The notes under the pieces: model-generated
Told to the model about the DNA's origin: nothing
Databases searched by the model: none
What the model saw: only the letters and a program-made list of their open reading frames with translations
Source of the DNA: Candidatus Woesebacteria bacterium
GTDB taxonomy: Bacteria; Patescibacteriota; Microgenomatia; UBA1400; UBA1396
Reading direction: 5' to 3'
NCBI GenBank assembly: GCA_021208605.1
Contig: JAJOJK010000005.1
Location: 10,214 to 74,213 of the forward strand
Length of the DNA: 64,000 nucleotides
Made by a program: the position numbers and the translations under genes
Shown here: piece by piece, positions 18,954 through 28,731 of the stretch
Numbering within the stretch: the stretch's first letter is position 1
Layout of the letters: every line of letters starts with the position of its first letter

Positions 18954-19421
18954 CTAGAGATAGCGGATGTAGACGTGGACCTCATCACCATCCACTTGCG
19001 TCTTGTCGAGAAATGTAAAGCCTGAACGTTCGATGTTGGTACGAGAGGCATAATTGTGTGGATGAACAACTACCAACACATTGCTAGCCCGCCCCTGAAT
19101 ATACTCCACCCGCTCCTCAATCAGCCGGCGCTGTAATCCCTGGCCACGATACTCTGGCTTCACCACGCATCCTTGCAAAAACCAATGCCCTTTGTGCCAC
19201 TTCAAAGTGGCCGCCGCTTGTAAAATAGCTTGCGCAAAAATGCCGAAATAAACGAATGTGTTGTCAGGAGTTTGCTTGAACTCTCGAAAATACATTTCTT
19301 CAATTTCACGATGATACTGCACTAAAAGTTCTGGATGTAAGATCATAAATGAGGGGCGTAGTATAGCATTCTCCTCCCTCTTGCCGAATAAGAGATTCTC
19401 TATCACAATGATGGCATGCAT
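18954..19421 (-). CDS. GNAT family N-acetyltransferase
   Basis: 155 aa reading ...RGQGLQRRLIEERVEYIQGRASNVLVVVHPHNYASRTNIERSGF, an acetyl-CoA binding pattern. Confidence 0.7.
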   Translation of the reverse strand: MHAIIVIENLLFGKREENAILRPSFMILHPELLVQYHREIEEMYFREFKQTPDNTFVYFGIFAQAILQAAATLKWHKGHWFLQGCVVKPEYRGQGLQRRLIEERVEYIQGRASNVLVVVHPHNYASRTNIERSGFTFLDKTQVDGDEVHVYIRYL

Positions 19422-20936
19422 CGAGCACTCTCCGGCCTCAAAAAAATAAGTTTTTTCGAAGGAAGTTTGCTCATTTTATTGGTGTTGATATGGATACTGC
19501 TCAGCAACCACTTATGGCATGGCGATATTCTTTTTCATACTGATTTAGCACGTGACTTCCTCGTGCTCGACGAAATGGTAACTACTCAAAATCCGACTTT
19601 GATTGGTCCGCGCTCAGGTGGTATTCCTGGCGTCTTTCATGGCCCGCTGTGGTACTACCTGAGTTTGGTTCCATTTATTGCCACTGGCGGAAATCCTGTT
19701 GGCATGGGCTGGTTTTGGTGGACTTTAGGGGTGTTCGGCGCGATTGTTTTTTTACTCACCACATATCGACTCACGAAAAATGTGCCGGCGAGTCTCCTCG
19801 GTACTATTGCCTTTTCGCTGTATATCCTGCCGCAAGCGGCGTCACCGGTAAATAATTACCTGGCTGATATCTTTAGCTTTTTGGTCTTTGCGGTGTGGGT
19901 CCTGTGGTGGCAGGAAACGGATATTCGCTGGGCGGCTCTTGGCTGGTTCGGCTTGGGATTGTTGGTCCAGTTCCAAATGGCATTTGCGGTACCGATTGCG
20001 GTAATCTGGTTCCCAGCTTTTGTTTTTTGGCTCGTCAAGCAAAAGAAGTATCGACAGTTTTCAACCGCATTCCTGTTTGGGCTGCCGCTACTCAGTTTTG
20101 TCCTCTTTGATGTTCGGCATGACTGGCTGCAAGTCCGATCCGTGCTGACGTATATCAGCGAACCGTCGGCCTCCGAGATCTCACTCCCAATGCGGCTCTG
20201 GCAACGGCTGGTCTCAGCCCTCACTGACGGACTCAATGTGTTTCGCTTCCCACCCATTTTGGCCGTTTTGCCAGTAGTTACACTGGGTGCACTCGGTTGG
20301 ATGTCGAAGAATACACTGATCCGAACTGCGTTATTGATGTTTGCCTGGTGGTATGCAGGCTGGTGGCTGATGGCACTGGGTTTTTCAGGTACGGTATGGG
20401 TGTATTACTTTAGCCCCTTCGCGGGAATTGTGTTCTTGGTATCCGCTCTCATCGCCAACCACTCAAAATGGGGAACCTATGGGCTAGCCGGACTTGTTTT
20501 CTGGATGCTTCTGGCCAGCAGAAGCAATTTTTTCTACTCACCGAAACAGTTTGATGGTTCTTCTTGGAGTCTGCTCTCACACATAGCTGATGAAGCCCTC
20601 GCGAAACCTGGCCGGGGCTACTTTGTATATTCACAAGATCAGTTTGCCTACTCTTTAAAATATGCCTTCGCGTACTCTGCTAAGAGTCATTCTGCGACGG
20701 ATGTCTTTGCTTTCCAGAAACGACCAGAGACCGTGTTAGTGAAAGCCCCTGATGACCCGCGCAATCCTTACGCCACTTCACAAGACTGGCAGGAAAATAA
20801 GCTCTCTATTCAAGAAGAACCAGACTCTGTGCAAGAATTTCCGTTTGGCTACCGCATGGAACTCTACTCACTCGATGCCGCAACCATCGCGAAACCCATC
20901 GACCCAAATTTAATTTTGGATTTGCACTTTCGGTGA
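19416..20936 (+). CDS. Polytopic membrane protein, putative GT-C-type glycosyltransferase
   Basis: 506 aa with more than 10 TM helices and an N-terminal loop carrying HTDLARDFLVLDEM (a DE-type motif as in PMT/ArnT enzymes). C-terminal soluble domain. Confidence 0.45.
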   Translation: MHRALSGLKKISFFEGSLLILLVLIWILLSNHLWHGDILFHTDLARDFLVLDEMVTTQNPTLIGPRSGGIPGVFHGPLWYYLSLVPFIATGGNPVGMGWFWWTLGVFGAIVFLLTTYRLTKNVPASLLGTIAFSLYILPQAASPVNNYLADIFSFLVFAVWVLWWQETDIRWAALGWFGLGLLVQFQMAFAVPIAVIWFPAFVFWLVKQKKYRQFSTAFLFGLPLLSFVLFDVRHDWLQVRSVLTYISEPSASEISLPMRLWQRLVSALTDGLNVFRFPPILAVLPVVTLGALGWMSKNTLIRTALLMFAWWYAGWWLMALGFSGTVWVYYFSPFAGIVFLVSALIANHSKWGTYGLAGLVFWMLLASRSNFFYSPKQFDGSSWSLLSHIADEALAKPGRGYFVYSQDQFAYSLKYAFAYSAKSHSATDVFAFQKRPETVLVKAPDDPRNPYATSQDWQENKLSIQEEPDSVQEFPFGYRMELYSLDAATIAKPIDPNLILDLHFR

Positions 20937-20955
20937 GGAAAAACAATCAAAGTAG

Positions 20956-20975
20956 AACGCGTTCTCGACTATAAT
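20956..20975 (+). promoter_or_regulatory. 10-bp perfect palindrome GAACGCGTTC next to a TATAAT box that sits 7 nt upstream of the MFS start codon
   Basis: Palindrome GAACGCGTTC at 20956-20965, TATAAT at 20970-20975, ATG at 20982. Confidence 0.4.
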
Positions 20976-20981
20976 ACTCAA

Positions 20982-22142
20982 ATGCAGCGAAATATTTTTC
21001 TAACCCGAATTATTTTTTCTCTGAACACCGCATGGTTTTGGCTGGGAATTTGGGTGCCGTATTACCTGCTGTTTACGAATTATGCTGGTATCGGAATTAT
21101 TGAAACAACGGTGGTTGTCAGCGCATTTCTAATGGAATTACCAACCGGCGCTTTTTCTGATCTCATTGGAAAAAAGAAAACTCTCTTCTTAGCGTTATTG
21201 ACATCGATTCTAGGAAACATTGTGATGGCCAGTGCCAGCCAATTCTGGCATATTCTTTTCTCGGTTCTGATTCTTGGTACCAGTAGCAGTCTTTACTCTG
21301 GGACTAGCGATGCCTTTTTATATGATTCGCTGCTAACTTTACGACAAGAAAAACGCTTTGAGACGGTGCGCGCTTCGATCCAAAAATGGGCCCTTGTCCT
21401 CATGGCCACAGCCAGCGCACTTGGTGGCTGGCTCTATACTTTCGACCCAACCTGGCCTTTTTGGGCCGTCGCCATACTCCATACCTGCGCCCTCATTTTG
21501 GTCGTATTCCTGAAAGAGCCACCAATCGATACGGAGCAGTTCTCCTGGGCATCCTACAAAAAACAAATGGTGCATGGCGTTCGTCAACTCTTTGCACAAA
21601 AACACGACACCAACTGGATTTGGCAACTGTTGATTATTTCTGCCTTTACAAAGTTTCTCATTGAGGGCATTGATCCAGCTTTGGCACTGCATTTTGGATT
21701 GTCTGATGCACAGCTCGGCTACCTGTATGCGGCAGTGCCACTCGTTTCGGCAGCTGGCGCATGGTGGTATGAAAGCCGTGCGAAACAATTTCCTCGCTCT
21801 GTATGGTGGAAAATGCTCTTGGCCGCATTCCTTGGAACAGCCATCTTGTCACCACTGGTTGGTTTGACGATCGGAATCAGTGGCATACTCATGCGCAACA
21901 TTTTTTATCCAGTGCTCGAAACCATGAGCGCCAACGCCATCAATACGTTTGTAGAATCTCGCTACCGCGCCACCACACTTTCCGCCTTCGCCATGCTCAC
22001 GAGTATCCCCTATGTCTTTGGCGCTGCCGTGGTCGGCATGGCCATTGACCGCTGGAATGCCGCTCTGGTTACGATGGTTTTAGGTTTGGGATTTGGAGTG
22101 GTGTATGTTTGGAAAAATGGACGAGAGTCTTTTGGTTCTTAA
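20982..22142 (+). CDS. MFS transporter
   Basis: 386 aa with 12 predicted TM helices. A TATAAT box sits 7 nt upstream of the ATG, so the transcript is probably leaderless. Confidence 0.8.
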   Translation: MQRNIFLTRIIFSLNTAWFWLGIWVPYYLLFTNYAGIGIIETTVVVSAFLMELPTGAFSDLIGKKKTLFLALLTSILGNIVMASASQFWHILFSVLILGTSSSLYSGTSDAFLYDSLLTLRQEKRFETVRASIQKWALVLMATASALGGWLYTFDPTWPFWAVAILHTCALILVVFLKEPPIDTEQFSWASYKKQMVHGVRQLFAQKHDTNWIWQLLIISAFTKFLIEGIDPALALHFGLSDAQLGYLYAAVPLVSAAGAWWYESRAKQFPRSVWWKMLLAAFLGTAILSPLVGLTIGISGILMRNIFYPVLETMSANAINTFVESRYRATTLSAFAMLTSIPYVFGAAVVGMAIDRWNAALVTMVLGLGFGVVYVWKNGRESFGS

Positions 22143-22720
22143 ACAGCAACTTTTTCTTTGACTGCAGTAACTTCGCCATTTTCCACGACAACTTCAAAGA
22201 ACTCGCCTTTTTCCAGCCAACCAGGGATAGTGTCTTCCGGAGCATTGTCGTCAACGAGCGGAATGTTCTGAATATATGAGTAGAGGACTTGTAGGGGATC
22301 GCCATGGCTGCAAAGAATTGTGTTTTCTGTTGTGGAAAGAATGACTTCATCCCAAAATTCGGCCATTCTTTTTTGGAGCATAGCTAAGGTTTCACCGCCG
22401 AGCTCATCAATATGGCTAAAAAAGTGATAGCCATCTGCATGCTGATTTTCGCCCCAGTACCCCTGATACGCCGAGAGCGTTTCTAAAATACGCTGGTCAT
22501 TCGAAATAGGAACGGTATCGTTGGCAATTATCTCGGACGTTTGTTGACACCGCAAAACCGCACTAGAATAGATGTGACTGATATTCTTTGTTGCGAAAAA
22601 CTCTTGGAGTCTCTGGGCATGCAACTTCCCGCTCTCTGAGAGAGGAACCGGTAATCGACCAGGCAAAATATTGCGAGGATTGTCATAGGCGCAGTGTCGG
22701 AGGAGGTAGATTGAGTGCAT
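22139..22720 (-). CDS. Histidine phosphatase superfamily (phosphoglycerate mutase-like) protein
   Basis: IYLLRHCAYDNP... (RHG-type catalytic His region) ...LCSHGDP. Confidence 0.7.
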   Translation of the reverse strand: MHSIYLLRHCAYDNPRNILPGRLPVPLSESGKLHAQRLQEFFATKNISHIYSSAVLRCQQTSEIIANDTVPISNDQRILETLSAYQGYWGENQHADGYHFFSHIDELGGETLAMLQKRMAEFWDEVILSTTENTILCSHGDPLQVLYSYIQNIPLVDDNAPEDTIPGWLEKGEFFEVVVENGEVTAVKEKVAV

Positions 22721-22757
22721 GCGGAGAGTATAGCAGAGATATTAAAAGGAAGTTGTT

Positions 22758-22794
22758 TTTTACTCTACGAGTAAACAAATAATATTCACTTATA
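22758..22794 (+). promoter_or_regulatory. Palindrome TTTACTC-tac-GAGTAAA plus a TATAAT box 8 nt upstream of the alr ATG
   Basis: 7-bp perfect arms at 22758-22774. TATAAT at 22789-22794, ATG at 22803. Confidence 0.4.
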
Positions 22795-22802
22795 ATTTAA
22801 AT

Positions 22803-23942
22803 ATGTTTTTTACTTCATTAGCCAAAAAACACTATCGTCATCTGAATAAAATATTGATCAACCAAGCAGCACTCCGCCACAACCACCAGGTTCTGCAAGC
22901 GTTTCACCCAGAAGCAAAAATCGTTCCTGTTTTAAAAAGCAATGCGTATGGACATGGCCTCAAAGTAGTGGCTCCAATCTTCGATGCACTCAAGCCTGAG
23001 TTTTTAGTAGTTGATAGTCTCTATGAGGCGTACGAGCTGTATAAAATAAAAGTCAAATCAAAGATTCTCATCCTTGGCTATACTCACCCGGACAACTTTT
23101 CAATCAAGCAACTACCATTCCATATCACGATATTTGACTTAGTAACTGCAAAAAAACTCAATAAGTATCAGAAAGATTGCAAGGTTCATATTTTCGTGGA
23201 CACAGGCATGTGCCGAGAGGGTGTCCCCATCGCAGATCTGCCCGAGTTTATTCAAGAAGTAAAAAAATTACAGAACCTACATATAGTTGGACTCACATCA
23301 CATCTGGCCGATGCCGATAATCCACAAGACAACTCGTTCACAGAAAAACAAATTACCAACTATAAAAAAGCTTTACAAATTCTTGAAGAGAAAGGAATTA
23401 CTCCTCAATATCGTCAAATTTCCGCTTCTGGTGGAGCGTTCAAAATAAAAGATCCTACGTTTACTCTCATCCGCGCTGGATTAGCTAGCTATGGGATCAA
23501 TCCGCTAGAACCTTCAGACCCAGAATTTCAATCACTGCAGCTCCAACCAGCTCTTCGATTTACGAGCACACTCGCCCAAATTAAAACGATTCATAATGGT
23601 GACAAAATTGGTTACAACGGCACCTTTACTGCTAAAAAAACCATGACTATTGGCTTGCTCCCGCTTGGGTATTATGAAGGAGTTGATAGACGGCTTTCGA
23701 ATACAGGTTCTGTAACCATTGGCGATACAACTTGCCCAATTCTAGGGAGAGTCTCAATGAACATGACAAGTATAGATATCTCGAATGTCAAAAATCCGCA
23801 GGTAGGTGACACCGTTTGTATCTATAGTGACCAAGACAGAGATAACAGCATCGTGAACGCCGCGAAAATTGCTGAGACTATTCCGTATGAGCTCCTGGTA
23901 CATTTATCGGAATCGGTGAGACGAGAAATTATTGATAAGTAA
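22803..23942 (+). CDS. alr: Alanine racemase
   Basis: VPVLKSNAYGHGL is the PLP-Lys motif; 379 aa. Lower GC than the upstream flank. Confidence 0.9.
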   Translation: MFFTSLAKKHYRHLNKILINQAALRHNHQVLQAFHPEAKIVPVLKSNAYGHGLKVVAPIFDALKPEFLVVDSLYEAYELYKIKVKSKILILGYTHPDNFSIKQLPFHITIFDLVTAKKLNKYQKDCKVHIFVDTGMCREGVPIADLPEFIQEVKKLQNLHIVGLTSHLADADNPQDNSFTEKQITNYKKALQILEEKGITPQYRQISASGGAFKIKDPTFTLIRAGLASYGINPLEPSDPEFQSLQLQPALRFTSTLAQIKTIHNGDKIGYNGTFTAKKTMTIGLLPLGYYEGVDRRLSNTGSVTIGDTTCPILGRVSMNMTSIDISNVKNPQVGDTVCIYSDQDRDNSIVNAAKIAETIPYELLVHLSESVRREIIDK

Positions 23943-24043
23943 TTTCTACGGCTGTTACAACGGAATGTGTTGAGGGAATATTGCAAGATGCGACAACCTG
24001 TTGAGGGGGGGTATTAGACGGGTCTGTCAGACTATCAGTTGTT

Positions 24044-24066
24044 GCGGGGAGGATGGGATTCTCACC
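24044..24066. repeat. Degenerate (17/23) copy of the tRNA-Ser T-arm/acceptor 3' segment at the far edge of the low-GC island
   Basis: GCGGGGAGGATGGGATTCTCACC versus GCGGAGGCGGTGGGATTCGAACC. Shares the TTGTTGCGG prefix with the repeat at 28499. Two further TGTTGAGGG copies lie at 23969-23977 and 23997-24005. Confidence 0.4.
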
Positions 24067-24129
24067 ACATCTGGTAGCACCGCTATTTTAGCTTACATTT
24101 AGAGTGTTGCAAAGCTCATCTTTGAAAGA

Positions 24130-24807
24130 TTACACAATTTTTCCATCTTTAAGATTAACAATTCTCTTTGCAAATGAAGCAGTGAAATCATCATGGGTTA
24201 CTAGCAAAATTGTTTTATTTTCTTCTTTATTTAGTTTACTGAGAATCTCCATCACTTCTTTAGCTGATTTACTATCTAAATTGCCAGTAGGTTCATCAGC
24301 TAAAATAATATCAGGATCATTCATCAGTGAACGAGCAATGGCAACTCTCTGACGTTGTCCTCCCGACATTTCACTCGGTTTATTATTAATTCTATCTCCC
24401 AATCCAAGTTTTTCTAGCAATTCTTTAGCTCTACCACTTTTCTCTTCACCAGCATAAAAACTTGGCAAACTTACATTTTTAAGTGCTGATTGCCTTGGGA
24501 GCAGGTTGAAGTTTTGGAATACAAAACCTAAATATTTGTTACGAACATCAGCAAGTTGATCTTTATTGAAATTTGCTACATCATCTTTATCTAAGTAATA
24601 CTCACCACTATTAGGAGTATCCAAACAACCAATAATATTCATTAGTGTTGATTTGCCACTACCAGAAGGACCCATTAAGCACACAAACTCACCTCTGTTA
24701 ATTATTAGATCAATTCCATGAAGAATTGGAAATTCTTGATTGCTTAAGTAGTAACTTTTTGTGATTTTTTTTAAGGTAATCAGTGGTTTTTTCTTTGTCG
24801 TTCTCAT
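24130..24807 (-). CDS. ABC transporter ATP-binding protein (MacB/LolD-type)
   Basis: Walker A GPSGSGKST, signature LSGGQRQRVAIAR, Walker B ILADEPTGNLD. Start set at ATG 24807 (the track start at 24822 is a TTG). Confidence 0.85.
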   Translation of the reverse strand: MRTTKKKPLITLKKITKSYYLSNQEFPILHGIDLIINRGEFVCLMGPSGSGKSTLMNIIGCLDTPNSGEYYLDKDDVANFNKDQLADVRNKYLGFVFQNFNLLPRQSALKNVSLPSFYAGEEKSGRAKELLEKLGLGDRINNKPSEMSGGQRQRVAIARSLMNDPDIILADEPTGNLDSKSAKEVMEILSKLNKEENKTILLVTHDDFTASFAKRIVNLKDGKIV

Positions 24808-24812
24808 ATATT

Positions 24813-25838
24813 TTATTTCCAACTGGCCACAGATTGTCCACTACTAAGACCTGAAATTACCTCAACTTCTTTTCCATTAGTAAATCCCAACTCTACAGGT
24901 GATTTTATTAATTGGTTATTTTCGATTATATAAACAACAGCTTGATTTCCTTCTCTTTTTACAGCAGAGTTTGGAATCTTAAATACATCCGTCGATTCTT
25001 TACTAATTATCTCAACTTCCCCAAGCATACCATCAAGTAATTTTTGATCTGCGTTATTAAAAATTATAATAACTTTATAGGTTGATAAGTCATTACTATC
25101 TATAGTTGCTAGTCTTGAAACATACGATACTGTACCCAGAATCTCTTGGTCAGGAAGTGCTTCAAGCATGATGCGAGCTTTCATGCCTTCTTCAATTTTG
25201 AGTGCTTCGATATCCTCAGCAAAGACTTCAAAATGAAAGCTATTTTCATCAATAATGGTAATAGCGACTGATTGATTTTGTGATGAAACTGTTTCCCCTG
25301 GCTTAATATTTACTTGAGCAACAGTTCCAGCTATAGGCGAACTAAGATATGATTTTTTTTGTGCTAAATCTTTAAGTTCGACATCTAGAACTGCTTTTTC
25401 TAAATCCCACTGGTTTTTTTCTAAAATTCTTTTAATAGTATCCGTAAGAGGAACCCCTGGATACGTAGCCTGAATCATTTCTTCAAAATCATTACGATCT
25501 TTTGAATAGTCTCGCAATGCTAATTCAAGATTTTTTTGAGCTTCTCTAGTATCTAAATAAGCAAGTGTTTGCCAAGGTTTTACAATATCACCTTCATTAA
25601 CGTTAACTCCACGCACAGTCCCGCCTATTTCAAATGAAAGATCACGACGGGCAATTACTGTTTTGCCATCTAAATTGAGGGAAACACTGACATTGCCTTT
25701 AGTTACTTTAGCTGTTTCATAGGTTGGTTGTTCGCTAGATTGGTTTGCTTGCAGTTGTTTCCAACCATATAATCCAATACTACCTAACAAACCAAGTCCT
25801 AGTATTACAACAGCTAGTCTTTTATGTTTAAGGATCAT
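24813..25838 (-). CDS. HlyD/MacA-like periplasmic adaptor (efflux membrane-fusion protein)
   Basis: 341 aa with an N-terminal TM, a coiled-coil region and a beta-barrel region, typical of the HlyD_D23 family. Lies in the low-GC island. Confidence 0.7.
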   Translation of the reverse strand: MILKHKRLAVVILGLGLLGSIGLYGWKQLQANQSSEQPTYETAKVTKGNVSVSLNLDGKTVIARRDLSFEIGGTVRGVNVNEGDIVKPWQTLAYLDTREAQKNLELALRDYSKDRNDFEEMIQATYPGVPLTDTIKRILEKNQWDLEKAVLDVELKDLAQKKSYLSSPIAGTVAQVNIKPGETVSSQNQSVAITIIDENSFHFEVFAEDIEALKIEEGMKARIMLEALPDQEILGTVSYVSRLATIDSNDLSTYKVIIIFNNADQKLLDGMLGEVEIISKESTDVFKIPNSAVKREGNQAVVYIIENNQLIKSPVELGFTNGKEVEVISGLSSGQSVASWK

Positions 25839-26330
25839 TTAGTTTAGTCCTTTAATCTTCACAGCTTCAACCTGACCTTGTTTATCCTGCCAGATTGAAA
25901 GATAGCTACCTGTTTTAATATCAGCTAAGTTAGCTGAAATGTTTGATCCATCCGCATTGCCACTGCCAGTCATAATAGGCACACCTACAGGAATCTGCAA
26001 AGTGAGTTGTTCTGTTTCTACTGCTTCCATTTCTTCTTGACGTAAGGCCTGTCTTTCTTCTTGTGATAAGTTAGCTCGATCTTCTCGTCTAGCTATACGT
26101 TCTTCATCATTTAACGCTTCTTTAAGTTCATTTAAAACAATTACTTCATTACCTTCAATTGATTTGACTTGACCATTTATTTCCGCAGGTCTATCAGGTA
26201 ATAATGATTCAACTATTTCTACAGTTTGACTATCTATAGATGATTGATCATTTTGATTAGTATTAGTGCATGCTGAAAACACCACAGCAGATGATAAAAC
26301 TATAAAAGCGATTACTATATATTTTTTCAT
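25839..26330 (-). CDS. Hypothetical lipoprotein
   Basis: MKKYIVIAFIVLSSAVVFSAC... lipobox. Acidic, coiled-coil-like middle region. Confidence 0.5.
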   Translation of the reverse strand: MKKYIVIAFIVLSSAVVFSACTNTNQNDQSSIDSQTVEIVESLLPDRPAEINGQVKSIEGNEVIVLNELKEALNDEERIARREDRANLSQEERQALRQEEMEAVETEQLTLQIPVGVPIMTGSGNADGSNISANLADIKTGSYLSIWQDKQGQVEAVKIKGLN

Positions 26331-26347
26331 TTTGTTCCATTTACTAA

Positions 26348-27565
26348 TTATTCATATCGAAGTGCTTCAATTGGATGTAAACTGGCTGCTTTCTGGGCAG
26401 GAAAGTATCCAAAAATAACTCCAGTTCCTACTACAAAGATTAATGAAAGCAGATAACTCCACCAAACATTAATTATTGATATTCCAATCCGAACCAAAAG
26501 AAAGTACAGTCCAAAGGCAATTATAGCTCCAATTATGTATCCAATTCCACTCAGAATTAAAGCCTCAAATAAAAATTGTAATTGAATATGATGATCTTTA
26601 GCTCCGATTGCCTTCCGAAGACCAATTTCTTTGGTCCTTTCATGAACGCTAACATACATAATATTCATAATCCCAATTCCTCCTACCAATAAAACAACAA
26701 TTCCTACACTGCCCAATAAAAAAGACATTGTTTGAGCTGAATCTTTAGCCGATTGGACATTGGTACCCATATCACGGACTCGAAAATCATCCACTCCACC
26801 AAGTTTAATAGTATGATTATCCCGGAGGACCCGAGAAATATCTTCCATGGCTGTATCTAAAACATTAATATCTGTTGCTTGAGCGTTGATATTAAATTTG
26901 CCTTGTTTACCAAGTACATAGCGATACCCTGATGAGTAGGGGACAAAAATTGAGTCATCAACGGCAATGGGACCAAATGCACCACCACGATATTCTAGAA
27001 CGCCAACCACTCTAAAAGCTTTTTTACCAAGGCTTACTTCTCGGCCAATAATATTTTGAGGAGAAATTCCGTCAGTTTCAAATAAATCTTCGGCCACTGT
27101 AGCCCCAAGCACTGCTACTTTAGCACGATTATCTTCTGCCTCTTGGTCAAATTGTCCACCGGCTTGATAAGTGGCAGCTAACATAGAAAAGATATCTGGT
27201 GTACTACCAACGACTGTAAATGATGCCATATTTCCTTCTGCGGCAACATTAACTTTACCGGAAGTTTGGGGAACTGCACTAACGATAGTATCCAAATGAG
27301 CAATATCTTGGGCATCTTCAAGACTTAATTTGGACTTTGTACCGTCTTCAGCTGATGGAGCATTGATCAAAATAGTAGTTACACTCATGTTTGAGTATTG
27401 CGCATCAATATCTTGTTTCGCACCTTCTCCTAAGCCTACAACTAAAATAATCGTTGCTCCACCAATCACAATTCCCAGCATAGTTAAAAAAGCTCTAAAA
27501 CTGTGAGCGATTAAACTTTCAAAGGATAAACGCAGAATTTTAGTAGTAAATACAATTGATTTCAT
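26348..27565 (-). CDS. ABC transporter permease (FtsX/MacB-type)
   Basis: 405 aa with an N-terminal TM, a large extracytoplasmic domain and three C-terminal TMs (FtsX topology). Confidence 0.8.
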   Translation of the reverse strand: MKSIVFTTKILRLSFESLIAHSFRAFLTMLGIVIGGATIILVVGLGEGAKQDIDAQYSNMSVTTILINAPSAEDGTKSKLSLEDAQDIAHLDTIVSAVPQTSGKVNVAAEGNMASFTVVGSTPDIFSMLAATYQAGGQFDQEAEDNRAKVAVLGATVAEDLFETDGISPQNIIGREVSLGKKAFRVVGVLEYRGGAFGPIAVDDSIFVPYSSGYRYVLGKQGKFNINAQATDINVLDTAMEDISRVLRDNHTIKLGGVDDFRVRDMGTNVQSAKDSAQTMSFLLGSVGIVVLLVGGIGIMNIMYVSVHERTKEIGLRKAIGAKDHHIQLQFLFEALILSGIGYIIGAIIAFGLYFLLVRIGISIINVWWSYLLSLIFVVGTGVIFGYFPAQKAASLHPIEALRYE

Positions 27566-27573
27566 GATTTATA

Positions 27574-28299
27574 TCAATTTGCACATCGCTCAAAAGCTGG
27601 CAAATGCATTTCTTTTGAGGCATTAGCCAGTGAAGTAAATACTGTTTTAATATCTTCTTGTGCAATGTTTGGAATCATGTCTTGATAAAGTTGATCGTTA
27701 TCAATCTCTGCTTGCACACCAACAGCACATACTTCTTGTAGAGTGGCTGGTAATTCACCAACTTCAATAGTGTCTGCAGGAATTTCTACTCCATATTTAT
27801 CAAAAAGAGCTTTGAGCATTGAAATATGTTGCTCTTCTGCTCGGGCAATATTGATAAATGGGCGAACATTGCCGAATTTATCCATTGTTGCTTGATAGGT
27901 AGCTAAAGCCTTTCTTTCATCTGCCAATCCAATTTTAAGGTATTCAATGGTTTGGTTGTCTAATTCTTCTACAGGATATTCTGCATCTTCTACCAATAAG
28001 CAGCCATCCATCAGACAGTTTTGTTTAGTAAGAGTTTGATTTGCATTCGTGCCCTTTCCTTGTGAGTCTGTGTCACTAACTTTTTGATTACGTCCTTGTC
28101 CATCCATTTTTCCTTGACCATTGCCTCTTCCGTATCCAAGTGGACCATAAGATTGTTCTTGAATTGATTCAGCTACCTTTGATGATTGGGTCGTCTTTGA
28201 ATAAACAGTGGTTACAGCAAAAGTAATAAGCATACCTGTAATTACCAATCCTAAAGAGAGATATTTATTATCTGTAATTTTTTTGAGTGTTTTGTTCAT
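27574..28299 (-). CDS. DUF2202 (ferritin-like) domain protein, membrane-anchored
   Basis: N-terminal TM, then LADERKALATYQATMDKFGNVRPFINIARAEEQHISMLKALFDKYG, a ferritin-like DUF2202 pattern. Confidence 0.55.
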   Translation of the reverse strand: MNKTLKKITDNKYLSLGLVITGMLITFAVTTVYSKTTQSSKVAESIQEQSYGPLGYGRGNGQGKMDGQGRNQKVSDTDSQGKGTNANQTLTKQNCLMDGCLLVEDAEYPVEELDNQTIEYLKIGLADERKALATYQATMDKFGNVRPFINIARAEEQHISMLKALFDKYGVEIPADTIEVGELPATLQEVCAVGVQAEIDNDQLYQDMIPNIAQEDIKTVFTSLANASKEMHLPAFERCAN

Positions 28300-28500
28300 A
28301 AAAAATCTTTACATTATTCAATCACTGACACCAGTATAAATCAAAAAACTGAGAAAAACATGAGGTTGTTTGTGTGTATATAACAAATCAAACCTAACAT
28401 TACAGGCCACAGAACTGAAATATGTTTAAAACGCAGTTTTTAGGCAAGACACATCAGCCCAAATCAGATAAAAGGACAGGTCTATCAGAACTTTTCGATT

Positions 28501-28517
28501 GTTGCGGAGGCGGTGGT
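28501..28517. repeat. Near-perfect direct repeat of the 3' end of tRNA-Ser (GCGGAGGCGGTGG, 13/13, within a 15/16 match)
   Basis: 28504-28516 is identical to 28734-28746 (the tRNA acceptor 3' strand and flanking bases). Located 215 bp beyond the tRNA 3' end, at the edge of the low-GC island. Confidence 0.6.
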
Positions 28518-28700
28518 CCGCTCTGCGGACATTAGGCAGGTGCTTCGCACTTGCCGGCAGGATTCACGACTTCGTTCGCTCCCGCTCACTCTGCATGCAC
28601 TAGGGTTGCCTCGCATGTATTATAATTCGGTATGTTCGGCCCCGTCGCGAACTGAGGCTCACTTCGTTCGCTGGATTCGCTCCTGTACATCTTCCACCAA

Positions 28701-28731
28701 TAAAAAAGCAGCCATTTGGCTGCATTTTTAT
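28701..28731 (-). terminator. Intrinsic (bidirectional) terminator immediately 3' of tRNA-Ser
   Basis: GCAGCC-AAAT-GGCTGC hairpin followed by TTTTTTA on the minus strand, and by ATTTTTA on the plus strand. Confidence 0.6.

Noticed and set aside
24100-28500. Calling the low-GC block an active integrative element or prophage
   Set aside because: No integrase, recombinase, transposase, relaxase or phage structural gene is present. Only att-like scars and a compositional shift remain, so it is reported as an ancient or decayed island, not a mobile element.
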